Made by a program: the position numbers and the translations under genes. The notes under the pieces are model-generated. The model saw only the letters and a program-made list of their open reading frames with translations, did not search any database and had not been told where the DNA came from. A DNA stretch of 64,000 bases from Vicugna vicugna (lineage: Eukaryota), in NCBI GenBank assembly GCA_013265495.1, contig MU057880.1, positions 1,704,527 through 1,768,526 on the forward strand, given 5' to 3'. This document shows positions 52,426-64,000 of this stretch, piece by piece (positions within the stretch are counted from its first letter, which is position 1; each line of letters starts with the position of its first letter).

Positions 52426-54844
52426 AATAAAACCTTGATTATTGGATAAACATCTGAGGCAAACTTGATTCAGTCTGTAGACAAGATTGGAAACCAAAGG
52501 GTTATGGTCAGGTTTTACTGCATGAGAGTAGCTTTACTAGAAATTCTGAAAAGAAAACAATCAACTTTTTTTACCAATATAATGTCTCACCAGTGAAAGA
52601 TTTGCATATTATGGCAAGTGGAAAAACAACAGATTGTTAGGATAAATACAGCAAAAACAAAGAAGGAAAGTTTTACTTTCACTTTCCGTATTTGAGTCAC
52701 CCAGACACTTCGTCGCATTTGCAGATTTGGGCTGTCATGGAATTAATTTGTTCACAGGATCTGGAATAATAAATCCTTATACAATTGTGGCTCTAAAATC
52801 AGATTTGTGTGGCCCTGTGTTCATTTTTTCTTTTTCTTCTTTTCTTTCTCTCCTTTAGAAAGAAATGGCTGATTCTAAAAAATTGGCCATAATAAGAACG
52901 ATTTAATGGAAAGAGCAAACCCACATGGGTTAAAGGTCTGTCATATTCTAGGCACAGATATTATGCTACAAGTGTCATATTAAGCCACAAAGAATGTCTA
53001 TAATTGGTATGATTTCGTATGTGAGATAAAATACCACTTTAACATTCTCTTGGGAGGAAAGTGAAAAGCCTTATGAAATAGGGGTTAAAAATTCTTTTGC
53101 CAGCAGGACAAAACCCATTGATGCTGGGCAGATGGAAGGCAGGACCTTTGGTCACTACTGAAAGCTCCCAATGAGGGAAAGTAATCACACAGGCCACACA
53201 GAGGGTTACACCCAGAAGCAGGTAACGCAAGCTGGAGGCAGGGTGGGGTTAGCTCAGTTTCAAGGAGTCTCTGTGGATTGGCCAGTTTGATTAGTTTCTT
53301 GGGGCTCCGAGGCTTGTCCAGTACGTGGCCCTGGAGAACGGGCCCCCCAGCAGGGAGGAGGCCGAGGTGGATGCAAGAGGCAGTCTGGCAAGGGGAGGAA
53401 GTGGCGGAGGGCTTAGCAAGCTGCTTGCGAAGGGGACTTGAGTTTCTAGCCCTGAGCTCAAAACTTGGGCGAGAGAGCACTTATGAAATATTACATTAAA
53501 GTTGACCTTCTGGTGTCTTGACATCCACCTGGAGCTCTGTTGTGCAAGGTATTTGAGTGGCCTGAATAGTAGAAGAGGGTCCCAGATAGTGGGGCGTGTG
53601 TTGCCCTAAACGGTGCAGAAAATGTTTCGTTATGACAGCAGAAATGAGGAAACCAAAGGAAAGCATGAAGGGTCCCTGGAGGCTGGCCCACAGCAGGCCC
53701 CCATTTGTTTAGTGTTGACCTGGAGGATAAATCGGTCAGAGCAGGGACCGCCAGTCAAATCTGGATGAATTATGGAAGGTACTAAACTTGTGGGTTATAT
53801 TTGTTAATGATGACACTGCAAAAACCTTCCTGATTCGATCAATTAATCGAGTGCCGATGTATTGTCAAGAATCATTTTTGTCAGGCTCTCCGGCCTTGAT
53901 TGAGCACATCTGATATTCATTGTACTTTGGGCATTTGTGGATTAGCATCAGTGATTTTTGATTCTGAGATTAGAGTGAAGTCCCTGGGGCAGTTCCAACA
54001 ATCCCAGCTTGGAGGGAGTCCCAGTATTACAGGTGTGATTGAAACGGGTCAGTGACGTTTGTCTGGGGGGAGGGGGGCAGTAATCAACATTTATATGAAT
54101 GGGAAGGTCTAGAGGGTTTGCGGCTTGGAAATAACGGGAGGCAAAGCAGAGGAGGTGAGAATAATCTTTAGATTGGAAGCCTGTACCTGGCTGGAGGTAA
54201 GCGGGAATTCCTGGAGGAAGGTCCGGTGTGGTTGGCGGTGTGGTGAGGATGTGGGGTCCCCGTCAGTCGCTCCGCGCTGTGTAACAAGGGAACAGAAGTA
54301 CCCTGGCTGTGGGCCGTGAGCCGGTGCCCCAGACGCAGTGGGGGCATACGACCTACTGCACTGAGATTACAGTCCATGGAGAGGACACATGTGTTTAAAA
54401 TAAAAGCATTAACATAAGTGAACAGAAGTGCCCCAGTGACACAAGGTTCTGCCCAAGTGCATGACGTCTGACAACCCATGAGAAGGGCTCTGACTTGCAT
54501 CCAGGCTATCAACAAAACCAAGAAACATTTGTGTTGATAACTAAACATTGCAAACGAAGAGGTGGAGAGGGAGAAACTGAGTCTTCCAAACAGAGGGAAC
54601 CAGGGCCTGCCCCCTGTGTTGGCAAGGCCAGTGGGAGGGACCAAAACAGCTGCCCTGCAGAGACCGGAAGGGAGTGAACCCAGGAATGGGGTCAGATCCA
54701 GACCACGATCTAAAGGTTTACCCCAGATTCAGTCTGAAATCATTGCAGTATTTTTTTTCTTTTCTTTTTCTTTTTTAAGTATAGTCAGTTTCCAATGGGT
54801 CAATTTCTGGTGCACAGTTTGTGGTATTTTAAATAAAGGAGGTG

Positions 54845-55220
54845 ACGTTATCAGACTCATGTTTTAAAAAGATCCTCGTGACTGCAGTGTAGGAAATAGA
54901 TGTCAAGGGTCTAGAGAGAGAGAGAAGCTACACAGTGTCACTGTTGCAGTTCAGGAGAGGGCTGCTGTGGTCCTTGCACCGGCGTGGTGGACGTGAAGAC
55001 TGGAGAAGAGGCAGGTGTCTGTCAGGAGGTAGAGTCAGAGGGTCCTGATGGTGGGTGAGACCCGGGCTCAGCAGAGGAGGAGTCTCAGAGGGCACTCCCG
55101 GATGTCTCACTGGGGAAGCAGTTTCAGTGGTGCTGTGGTTTCCTGAGAGCTGGGACCATGGAAGAGGATGAGATTGGGTGAGGAGATTAGAAATGTCCTT
55201 TAGTGATGAACTTGAGGTAC
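54845..55220 (-). mobile_element. L2 fragment
   Basis: GACGTTATCAGACTCATGTTTTAAAAAGATCCTCGTGACTGCAGTGTAGGAAATAGA; purine-rich antisense L2. Confidence 0.6.
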
Positions 55221-57754
55221 CTTAAGGTTCTCCTCTCTCTGTTGTATCTTGGTGGCAAACGTGCTTTTGAAAATATTTAAACGAAAGCCTGGATATTCTC
55301 GGCTCTACTTACGCTTGAAGGAGATGTGTGTCAACAGAGGCAAACAAAAGTCCAGGAGACTCATAGTTAATGATTGTGCTTACAATTTTTTAAAAAATGA
55401 AGAATTCCATGAAGACTTTTAAAAGGACAAATGATAGCAAACTTAAAAAAAATAAAAAAGAAAGTTTTGTGCCTTGTCCCTGTGACCTGCCAGGCCCCCT
55501 CACTCTTTCCTACTGTCCCACTTCATCTCTCTACCTGCCTCACTCTTTATGTTTCATAGAAATTAATTACTTGCAATTTCCTGCAATGCACTATATGACT
55601 TCTTCTCTGGGCACTATTTTTTTTTCCTTTTTGATGATGCCGTTCCTAACCCCAACTTTACTGCATTGTTCCCTTGTGTGCTGTGAGATTGCACACGGAC
55701 AGATACTTGTGGGTCTGAGTTAGCGCCTTCTCCATCTCTCCTCACCCTTTCACCACACTGCACTCAGTACATCGTGTGTAATCATCCGTTTCTACTTTTG
55801 TCGGCTTCCTGGCTTTGTGGGTCCCTTGCGTCGAACTCAGGTTCATGGCCTCCATATTGAGCCAATAGCTGTGATCCAGTTGCTAGTTCTCACATTCTTC
55901 AAGTGGAATCTCTAAAAAAACATTCCTCTCCACTGCCTCATTTTGAAGACACCGAAGGGAAAAACGAAGATAAAGGCTGAGACCCAAATATTACATTTGT
56001 TACTGGTAAAGTCCAAGTTGTTGGGTGCTTAGTTATGCAGGTAGATGGACCTCCAGGGGTCAGACTCCTAAATTAGACAGACACACCCACTCGGTCCCAG
56101 GAAACACGGGATGGGGCACATCAATGTTGTGAAAGAGGTGTGATACCAGCCTGCCTTACACCAGTGGAACTTCGCATACTGAATGAGAAGCCTATGGAAG
56201 ACTGTGTAAGAAGCGTGTCATTAACAGGGCTCAGTGATTTTCGTGCTGTGTCATCGAAAGCAAATCAGTGACACCTGCCTTGGGGAAAAGTGAAAACTGG
56301 CAGGGGGGAGGGGTACAAGATGCCGGGAGAAGAATGATTTGAGGGCACTAACCACCATTTCACTCCAATAGGTACTATTAATTTAAAATGTGTATTAATA
56401 CATTAAATATCAATTTACTAAAATAACTTTCATTCACTATGTAAATTGAATTTCTTCAGTGATCACTCATGCATAGCAAATGCAACCTTCCAGCAGACTT
56501 ATGCTTAGAACAATTATTCTGTTCTAAGCTTCATGGTTTCATTTTGTGCCCCTCCCCCGCCACCCCAACTCCCAACAAATGTATTTGCTTCCATGGACCA
56601 AGAGGGAGTTCCATTAACACTAAATTAGTTACAAAAGACTAAAATCAGGAACCAGAGCAAACTTAATAGTTGCCTAGCAACAACCCAGTACACTGAAGTT
56701 TAATTTTGGATCGGTTAACCCTGAGTGAAACTCAGAATTAATTTTTCATATGGCAATATCTTAGAAAGGTCGCCAGTCTGTGTCTGAAATGTTTTTCCCT
56801 TCCCTGGTTATTGAATCTTTCTTAATTTCTCTCAAGCATCAAATTGTTATTTTTACATTGCTTAGTTAGACAGAGTGAAATTTTTATTTTAGATTGGAAT
56901 TGACCAGAGCACTTGAGTCAAATCAGTCAATTGTGAAGAAAATATTGTAAAAAATGACATTTTTCTATTGCAGTATCTTACAGCTGGAGGAGATGTTAAA
57001 AAAGAGTTCACAGAGGGCTATTTTTACATTATTCCCAGCACTGCCAGAAGTTTCACACCCTACGTGGACTTCAGTCCTGAAAACCTCTCTTCACTCTTGA
57101 AGACAAGAAAAAGATGGCTCAGAAAAGCATATGAAGTTAGAGACATTAGTCCAAACCTCCTATTGACTGTCAAAACTATACCTATGACAACACAGTTCTA
57201 AAAGTTTTGAATGATGGTGACAAAAAAAGTTTCTACTTTCTAAGCTACTGATGTCAAAATACAAAAGTGAGATAAATTACACCATATTAAACTTGTGACT
57301 AGTTTAATTTTTATACAAGTGATAGTCTATAATAAAATTACTAAGGCATTTGTAAGATGGAATTAGAAAACCTTTAAAATGTGTTTAGATATGAATTCAT
57401 GTGCCAGTACTCATTGCAAAGGACTCCTGTTTATATACGTATGTGTATTAAATAAGGATGAATAGCATTTTGAAGCACTTAAACATACATTATTAGTGAG
57501 ATTCCACTAAAAAGAGCTTGCAGTAGTTGAGTGATTTGTGTGAATGTGATTTCTAGGTCTGGGTCTGGGTTTTCAAAGTGAAAAGGCTTTTAATTTTTAA
57601 ATAAAGTATGTAAAGTATTATATGGAAGCCCTAGGGGAAAAAATGAGGAACTCACTGCCACATCAAATAATACCACGCCACAAATAACTGGATCCCTGGT
57701 TAAAACATCGTCAAGATTAGAAAGAACACTATTGCAGGATTTGATCACAGAGCC

Positions 57755-57910
57755 AAGAAAGAAAAAGAAAGGAAGGAGGAAAGAAAAGAAGAAAGGAAGN
57801 NNNNNNNNNNNNNNNNNNNNNNNNNNNNNNNNNNNNNNNNNNNNNNNNNNNNNNNNNNNNNNNNNNNNNNNNNNNNNNNNNNNNNNNNNNNNNNNNNNNN
57901 NNGAAAGAAA

Positions 57911-57951
<41 letters not shown>

Positions 57952-58016
57952 GAAAGAAAGAAAGGAAGGAAGGAAAGAAGGAAGGAAGGAAGGAAAGAAG
58001 GAAGGAAGGAAGGAGA
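57755..58016. repeat. Compound (GAAA)n/(GGAA)n polypurine microsatellite spanning an N gap (57800-57902)
   Basis: Seen directly in the sequence. Confidence 0.95.
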
Positions 58017-58184
58017 ATGTAGTGTATTCTTTTGTAATTCAGTTAAAGTCATTTGTTACATCTGAATTCCATGTTGGATTTCCCCCATATTCTGTTGATT
58101 GCTATTGTCTCTTTACTTTAAGTAGGTGGGCCATTCGCCATGGGTTAGTGGCAGAACTATACAGAGCGGTGCATCCAGAGAACA

Positions 58185-58750
58185 GATACCTGCATCCCTG
58201 TAACTCCACCCTCATCTCTGTCCTTACTCCTCTCCATCCCGTAAGCCATCTCAGTAGTGTCTGATTTATCTTTCTGCATTTCTTTTGTGCAAATGGCCAG
58301 ATCCATGTCTACTTCCTTTTATCCCTTTCTTACATAAAGGACAGCATACTAGAAATAATTTTGGCACTTTTTGTCCCACCCAACAATATATCCTGGAGCT
58401 CACCCCCTATCAGGGCTTGGACAGTTTCCTCATCCTTTACACAGCTGCATATTACTTCATGGCATTGATGAAATGTAGGTGATTCAACTGCTCTCCCATG
58501 GATAACCATTTGGGTTTTTTCTAATATTTTGCAATTGCACACAATGTTAGAATGAATACCCTTTGCTCTCCATATACATTTTCTTTTTTTTGGAGTTGCA
58601 TCTTCACAGTGGATACTTAGAAGTGACATTGGTCCATCAAAAGCTGTGCTTAAATATAAATTTCCAGAAAGTTCCATGCTCCAATTCCGAGTCAGGTATC
58701 CATTTTTAAGGTCTTGGACACTGACTAACAAATATCACCCTTTCTGAAAG
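58185..58750 (-). mobile_element. Old L1M 3' region
   Basis: TTTACACAGCTGCATATTACTTCATGG...CATTTGGGTTTTTTCTAATATTTTGCAATT. Confidence 0.7.
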
Positions 58751-58935
58751 TTGTATGTCGCTGGGCACGATGTTGGATCAATGAAATGGAGAGAATACAG
58801 ACTAGAGGAAGTCTCTGGAGGAATTCTGAAGTTACTAAAAGATTGCAGGATTGAATTGGGTAGAAATGGGAATACAGAAGAGGAGACTAAAACAAGAGAG
58901 GGTTTTTTTTGTTTGTTTTTTAACAGAATCAAGTA

Positions 58936-59110
58936 CAGTCAATCTTCCATATTGGCAGATTCTGCAAACACTGATACGGAGGATCCACTGCACACAACAA
59001 TTTATGAAAGGGACTTGTGCACCAGTGGATTTTGGCATTGAGTGGGTCCTGGCACCAGGCCCCAACCTGCGCTTCCCCCCACCTCTGCCTCAGATACCAA
59101 GAAGCCACTG
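58936..59110. mobile_element. TcMar-Tigger (Tigger3/MER2-like) MITE
   Basis: TA|CAGTC...CACTG|TA, i.e. a TA TSD at 58934-58935 and 59111-59112. Internal AAGGGACTTG..CACC..TGGATTTTGG...GGTCCTGG..CCA. Confidence 0.8.
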
Positions 59111-60000
59111 TAACGGCATCAACACACTTGCAAAGTTTAGAAGATTATCGATAAGTGCTTCCTGGTTCTCACATTAGCTGAGCTCATTAATTCACTAAAC
59201 AACAGAGAAAAGAAGGGAGGATGAGAGACCAACATAGAGACAGACAGACAGGGAAGTCACTTTTGATTTGATGTTTAATCCAGTCTAATGGTTAGTCATT
59301 TCACTTTATTGTGCTGGGGCAACAAGGTTTTCTTCTTCCTGATATTGATTATTAAATATATGAAAAAATACATTTATATTTTCAAAATACTGAAATACCA
59401 AGTTGTGACTTTGAGTATATTAAAATACTCTTCTGAACTGAAGTGAAAGTTTTAGGAGGTAAAATGGAATTAAAAATACATTTTTTAGCCAGAATACCAT
59501 ACTTTGATGAACATTTTAAATTAAAAAACTGTTTCCTAAGTTTGCTGGTGAGTTTAATGAACTTCACACATAGACACATATTATTTTCACACCACTGAAT
59601 GGAACCCAATATCCCAAAGCTAAAGGCTGGGTTTTAAAATTGGAATTGGATTAAATCAAGTTATCTACTCTCAAAATATCTTCCTTAATAAGATACGTTT
59701 GAATCTTCGTTCTTCTGTAATACACCAGTCTTTCTACGAAGAAGGGCATTTGTAATTATCATTTCTGTTTTCACTACAAGCTGATGATTTTATCCCCATA
59801 AAGGAATGAAGGAGGAAGAAGCTTCATTCAAATATAAAATTGCCTAAACTAGAATTTTTTAATAAAACGAGGGCTCCATCAATCTCTGGTAATCATTAAA
59901 GGAGTCATTGTTTTTTTTCGGTTGGCACATCTTCTTTAAAATTCCCTTAAGTATAAAAATTTATGTGCAGAAGGAAATTAGTAGCTAGATAGCAAACGTA

Positions 60001-60110
60001 GGGGAGGGTAGAGCTCAGTGGTCGGGCGCGTGATTAGCATGCATGAGGTCCTGGGTTCAGTACCAGCACCTCTATTAAGATAAATAAAATTAAATTAAAA
60101 ATAAATAATA
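60001..60110 (+). mobile_element. Vic-1-like SINE, short form
   Basis: GGGGAGGGTAGAGCTCAGTGG...TAGCATGCATGAGGTCCTGGGTTCA followed by an A-rich tail. Confidence 0.9.
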
Positions 60111-60448
60111 ATTTGGCTTCGCAGCTGTATCCCTTTGCTTAACACATTTCCCCCTTCTGTTAAATAAAAATTATTTTAATAAGATTTTATTCTTGATAAG
60201 AAAAATTTGCAAATAATTCTGAAAAACACACCATACTCCAAAAACTATTCCTGAACGCCCAGCCACCTCCATCCAGGCCAGAGTTACTGTCTGCACATGG
60301 TCTTAATGCTTCTCTGAAAACTCAGTCTATTTCCTCACTGACACTATCAGTATCAGAGTTAAAAAAAATACACACACACACACACACACACAAACACACA
60401 CTTCCTTATTAAGGAAGATATTTTGAGAGTATGTGTGTGTGTAAGGAT

Positions 60449-60560
60449 GGGGAGGCTATGGCGCAGGGGTAGAGTGTGTGTTTACCATATATGAGTCCTT
60501 GGTTCAATCCTCAGTGCCTCCGTTCAAGTAAGTAAATAAACCTAATTACCCTCAAAAAAA
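60449..60560 (+). mobile_element. Vic-1-like SINE, long form
   Basis: Diverged head with GGTTCAATCC, then AAATAAACCTAATTACCCTC and an A tail. Confidence 0.85.
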
Positions 60561-61629
60561 TTTTTTTAAATAGCCAGCAAATAGCAACAAAACAAAAATA
60601 ATGATGATTATAAAGTTCTCATTCCTAGACTGTACAATCAAAAAGAGTTGAATATCATAAACTTTGGGAGAGAGACTGCTAGGTGAGACTGTTCTTAGAG
60701 TCCCCCCCCCCCCAGGTCTGCAGCTGTCCCGTAACGGAAGACCCACAGCCCAGGCCAGTAACACCAGCAGAGAAATTCTAAAGACCCTCTATATGGCAGA
60801 TCAGGAACAGGGAGAGAATCTTGCTTCTTTTGCTACGTGACGATGTTCTCTGAAATTCTATCATGTACTGAAGAAGAATAAATTTACTTCTAGTCTTCAT
60901 CAAATCACCTTTTATGTTGACTCTGTCTCTTTCGCAGTCTTCTAGAAAATCTTTCACAGTCTTTTTAATGGCAAAAGTATTGCGTCTGAGGACGAATTTC
61001 CTCTCCAGACTTTATTCCGATTTGGGGAGGTGTTATGTCAATGCCAATTTACCTTCCACATTTTTGGTGGACACAATATGTGAGCACTTGAATTGAGGGA
61101 AATACTAAATTAGCACAATACAAATAAAGGTAAGTGTAAATTAAGAGAAACAGAATAATTGCATGAAAAAGTGAGTGGCACTAATTTTTTAATTTCAAAA
61201 CTTCTATATTTATATTGTTCTGTTTTTAAATGTTCTTTTTTCCCGTCTGCCTTGGTAGACACGGGAGAACACTGGACGTTTTCCATCAGGATAGTGTCTT
61301 TTGGGGCTATATATAAGGCAGTTCATTAGCTCTCTCTATATGGACTGGAGTATTATTTAATGAGATTTTTATTCATGAAAAGTTTGTTCAGTGCTTAAAA
61401 TGACTTGTATAATTTGATCTTTACAAAAATCTCGTAAGATAATTCACTTTTTCTAGGATAGTAATTATAATTTTTTATGTTAACTACATGCTATGCAGCA
61501 ATTCAACATGAAGACATTAAAATACTGCTATTTCTTCCAATCCTCACAGCTCACAGAAAAAGATGTGCATAATCGATTTCAGAAAGAGAGATAATATTAT
61601 AATATCAATAATGTGGTTTACTTTACAGT

Positions 61630-61835
61630 TAAGGCACATAGGCACTGTACTAAGCTCTTTATGCACGTTGCCTCATTTATTTCTTATACCCACCCTATAA
61701 ATTAAGTTAAAATATTATTCCATTAAAGAAAAGTAAGCAGTTTTAAATAGGGAAACTGCATAACTTTACTCAAGGTCTTACAGCTAATAAGTGATAGGGC
61801 CAGCATTCAAAGTCAGGTCTGCATGACTCCAAAAG
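61630..61835 (-). mobile_element. MIR
   Basis: AGGCACTGTACTAAGCTCTTTATGC...TTACTCAAGGTCTTACAGCTAATAAGTG...ATTCAAAGTCAGGTCTGCATGACTCCAAA. Confidence 0.75.
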
Positions 61836-62695
61836 TGGTTTCTATAATAACTCACCAGACTCTCAGTAGCACACAGATAAGAAGGAGAGAGACTGCTATT
61901 CATTGACATCTGTGGAGCCCGTGGCCCAGCACGGAAGTTTTCACAGTGTTCCTCGTAAGCAATAAGGCTTATCAAATTCATATTATCCCAATATATACAC
62001 CGATTTCATTGTAATTGTCTCAAGATAGTAATAAAACGCATGCGTCTCCTGATGGTCAAATTCGCCACTGATTTTCTAGGTAGATTTTTCGTTTCTCAAA
62101 ATCTTATAATAATAGTCAGACTCTTTGTCGTTGCTACTCTCATTCTTTCTTTTTCTTCAAATGGTTTTAGTGCGGTGTTAGATATTTCATGGACACAGTT
62201 GGCTGTGTTTGCTCTCCTTTTGCTCTCTGGGCTCTCTGCCAGTCAGCGTTTATCCAATAAAAGAGAGCACATCAAGATGTTTCAGTAAGTAAAGGATTTA
62301 ATTCAGACAGCTAGGCGCTAATGAAACCGTGGGATAGGTTTGACCTTGAAGGTCAGGGATAGCGGCTGGTCTCACACCCACTGCGGTCTTTCAGAGACGC
62401 AGAAAGTTCCAGAAACGACCAGCAAGGTTACTAGAAACAGTCTCTCCTGCCTCCCATGCCCAGGGGTATGGTTTCCAGAAGAAAGCTGTGAGTTCGTTGC
62501 AAACGATCATATTTGCCTAAGAACAGCTAGTCTGTTGGTCTTGCCGGAAGATTGGCTGCTTTCCTTCTTTCTTCCAGGACGCACATGAGAGTGTCTGTTT
62601 GGGCTCTGGAGCTTCCCAGCCCAGCTTTGTGTTTCCAGGGAAAGCGCGGATGGAGTTCATATGGGAATGCTGAAACTAACCTGAATAGAAACAAT

Positions 62696-62956
62696 GTTTA
62701 TAATTCATATAATTTATATTCATATAATTTATAATTCATAATTATATTTGTTTATATTATATAATTTATATTTATATTAGTTACAAATTATATTTATATA
62801 ACTTATAATTTATAAACTTTTATATTATTTATAATTCAATATATGTATATTATTTATAATTCATGATGTAATTATAAATAATATACATGTATAGATAATA
62901 ATATATAATATTATATATAATTATAAATAATAATTATATTATTTATAATTCAATTC
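62696..62956. repeat. AT-rich low-complexity tandem array (TTTATAATTCA-like units)
   Basis: Almost entirely A/T, with recurring TTTATAATT(C) and TATATTATTTATAATTCA units. Confidence 0.9.
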
Positions 62957-63389
62957 TGGGCTCAGAGAAACAGGTGAAGATAGTTAAATCATGAAAAGAA
63001 GAGTTTGCTTGTTTTTATGAGCAGTAATCTATTGGGAATAAGTCTAAAGAATTTTCAATAACCTTGGTCACCCTGTCTAGTGACTGTGATGGAATAAATC
63101 TGACTCATATCAGAGAATGTGCAATGTTACTAATTAGCCTTGACAATACTCATGTTATGTCCTATTTTCAATTGCCTTCATGAGAGAGGTTTATCGCACA
63201 TATATTTATTTATTGCAGCCCCTTAGGTGGTGCATTAAATGAGCATCTAATAAATTTTTCCTGAATAATACACAGACTCTTGTTTAGTTAGGGAAGCTGT
63301 CACAAAATATGTTCACCACAGGCCTTTCTTCCCTGTCATTTCTCTTTGTGCTGCTCAGAGCTGACTCTACTGAGATTACAAATATACAA

Positions 63390-63466
63390 GGAGAGAGGGT
63401 GTAGCTCAGTGGTAGAGTGTGTGCTCAGCATGCACGAGGTCCTCAGTTCCAACCCTGGTACTGCCA

Positions 63467-63514
<48 letters not shown>

Positions 63515-63516
63515 AA
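63390..63516 (+). mobile_element. Vic-1-like SINE, short form, with an expanded (AAAT)n tail
   Basis: GAGGGTGTAGCTCAGTGGTAGAG...CAGCATGCACGAGGTCCTC followed by about 11 AAAT units. Confidence 0.9.
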
Positions 63517-64000
63517 TTCTAAAAATATGCCAGAGTATTACACTCCTTTAAAGGATAATAAATTGAAAATCAGTGAAATATGAAAAACTACAATCTATTC
63601 GAGAAGAAGTTTCAAGTAGAAAAAGGTGAGAATGGATATTCAGTGGGAAAAATTGGAAAACAGTTGTCAGATTTCATTCCGCCCTGCAGATAATAAAAGG
63701 CAATAACTAAATGATTTTAGTGAGAACACTGTGGAATTTTTAAAAAGACTAAATGCTCCTTTATTGTTGAATCAGATAAAAAGCTTAGGAATAAATAATC
63801 AACCCCCGCCCCCTGCCCCAATTAAACCTATCGAGGTAGTACTGGCCTAGTTAGATTTCATTTAAAGAAAGATGGTGGCTTTATACAGCTTCCCTGGGGA
63901 GTAACAGGGCTTTGGCCGACAGGCGTGCTCCTGTAATCTCTGCTGGGGGCCGTGGAAGGGGACGGGGGTTCAGCACACCAAAAATGAGCACAGGAAGTCA

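Noticed and set aside
54168..54644. 158-aa minus-strand ORF
   Set aside because: Locally GC-richer DNA has fewer stops. There is no recognisable domain, no convincing splice signal, and overlapping ORFs occur in other frames.
57729..58052. Lys/Glu/Arg-rich and Phe/Leu/Ser-rich ORFs
   Set aside because: They are translations of the (GAAA)n/(GGAA)n microsatellite and the N gap.
58330..58731. 133-aa ORF
   Set aside because: It falls within an old L1 3' region and is decayed TE sequence.
60369..60442. (CA)n...(TG)n fold-back with a CTTCCTTA-T-TAAGGAAG palindrome as a structured RNA
   Set aside because: The pairing is dominated by simple repeats and is asymmetric, which is expected by chance near microsatellites.
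62040..62290. Hydrophobic 82-aa ORF ending near a CA|GTAAGT donor-like site
   Set aside because: The hydrophobicity follows from T-rich composition. There is no recognisable homology and no partner exon.
63390..63466. Functional tRNA-Ala gene (also the other seven tRNA-like heads)
   Set aside because: They have A-rich tails, TSDs in several copies, degenerate stems and B boxes, and many dispersed diverged copies. These are SINEs, not tRNA genes.
1..64000. CRISPR array, operon, or prokaryotic/phage defence system
   Set aside because: There is no repeat-spacer periodicity and no gene-dense ORF organisation. The sequence is CpG-depleted mammalian DNA dominated by retroelements.

Overview
Mammalian, AT-rich, repeat-dense genomic DNA, either intergenic or deep intronic. 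It is most likely camelid: it carries eight tRNA-Ala-derived Vic-1-type SINEs and L1 3' ends of cetartiodactyl/camelid type, and I saw no Bov-tA, PRE1 or Alu elements. I recognise no protein-coding exon, functional RNA gene or prokaryotic system. The ORF track is essentially chance or TE-derived, with one unusually long stop-free frame at 44514-45251. The window is a stratified TE landscape: L2 and MIR, old L1M, MaLR/ERVL LTRs, ERV1 solo LTRs, a Tigger-type MITE, young L1 tails and SINEs. The most notable items are (i) a 5'-truncated non-autonomous ERV1 (MER34/MER4-group-like) at about 4440-10927, with a readable gammaretrovirus-type capsid remnant split by a solo LTR and a 3' LTR split by a young L1; (ii) a MER41-like solo LTR (25677-26159) that keeps a STAT GAS motif at the position homologous to the interferon-inducible site of primate MER41B; (iii) candidate cis-regulatory clusters at about 41.0-41.3 kb, 48.9-49.1 kb and 56.7 kb; and (iv) small mutational fossils (a template-switch hairpin and TSDs with reciprocal CpG decay). 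I did not find a convincingly new biological system. Repeat family names come from recalled consensus similarity, not from a database search, and boundaries without a TSD are approximate.
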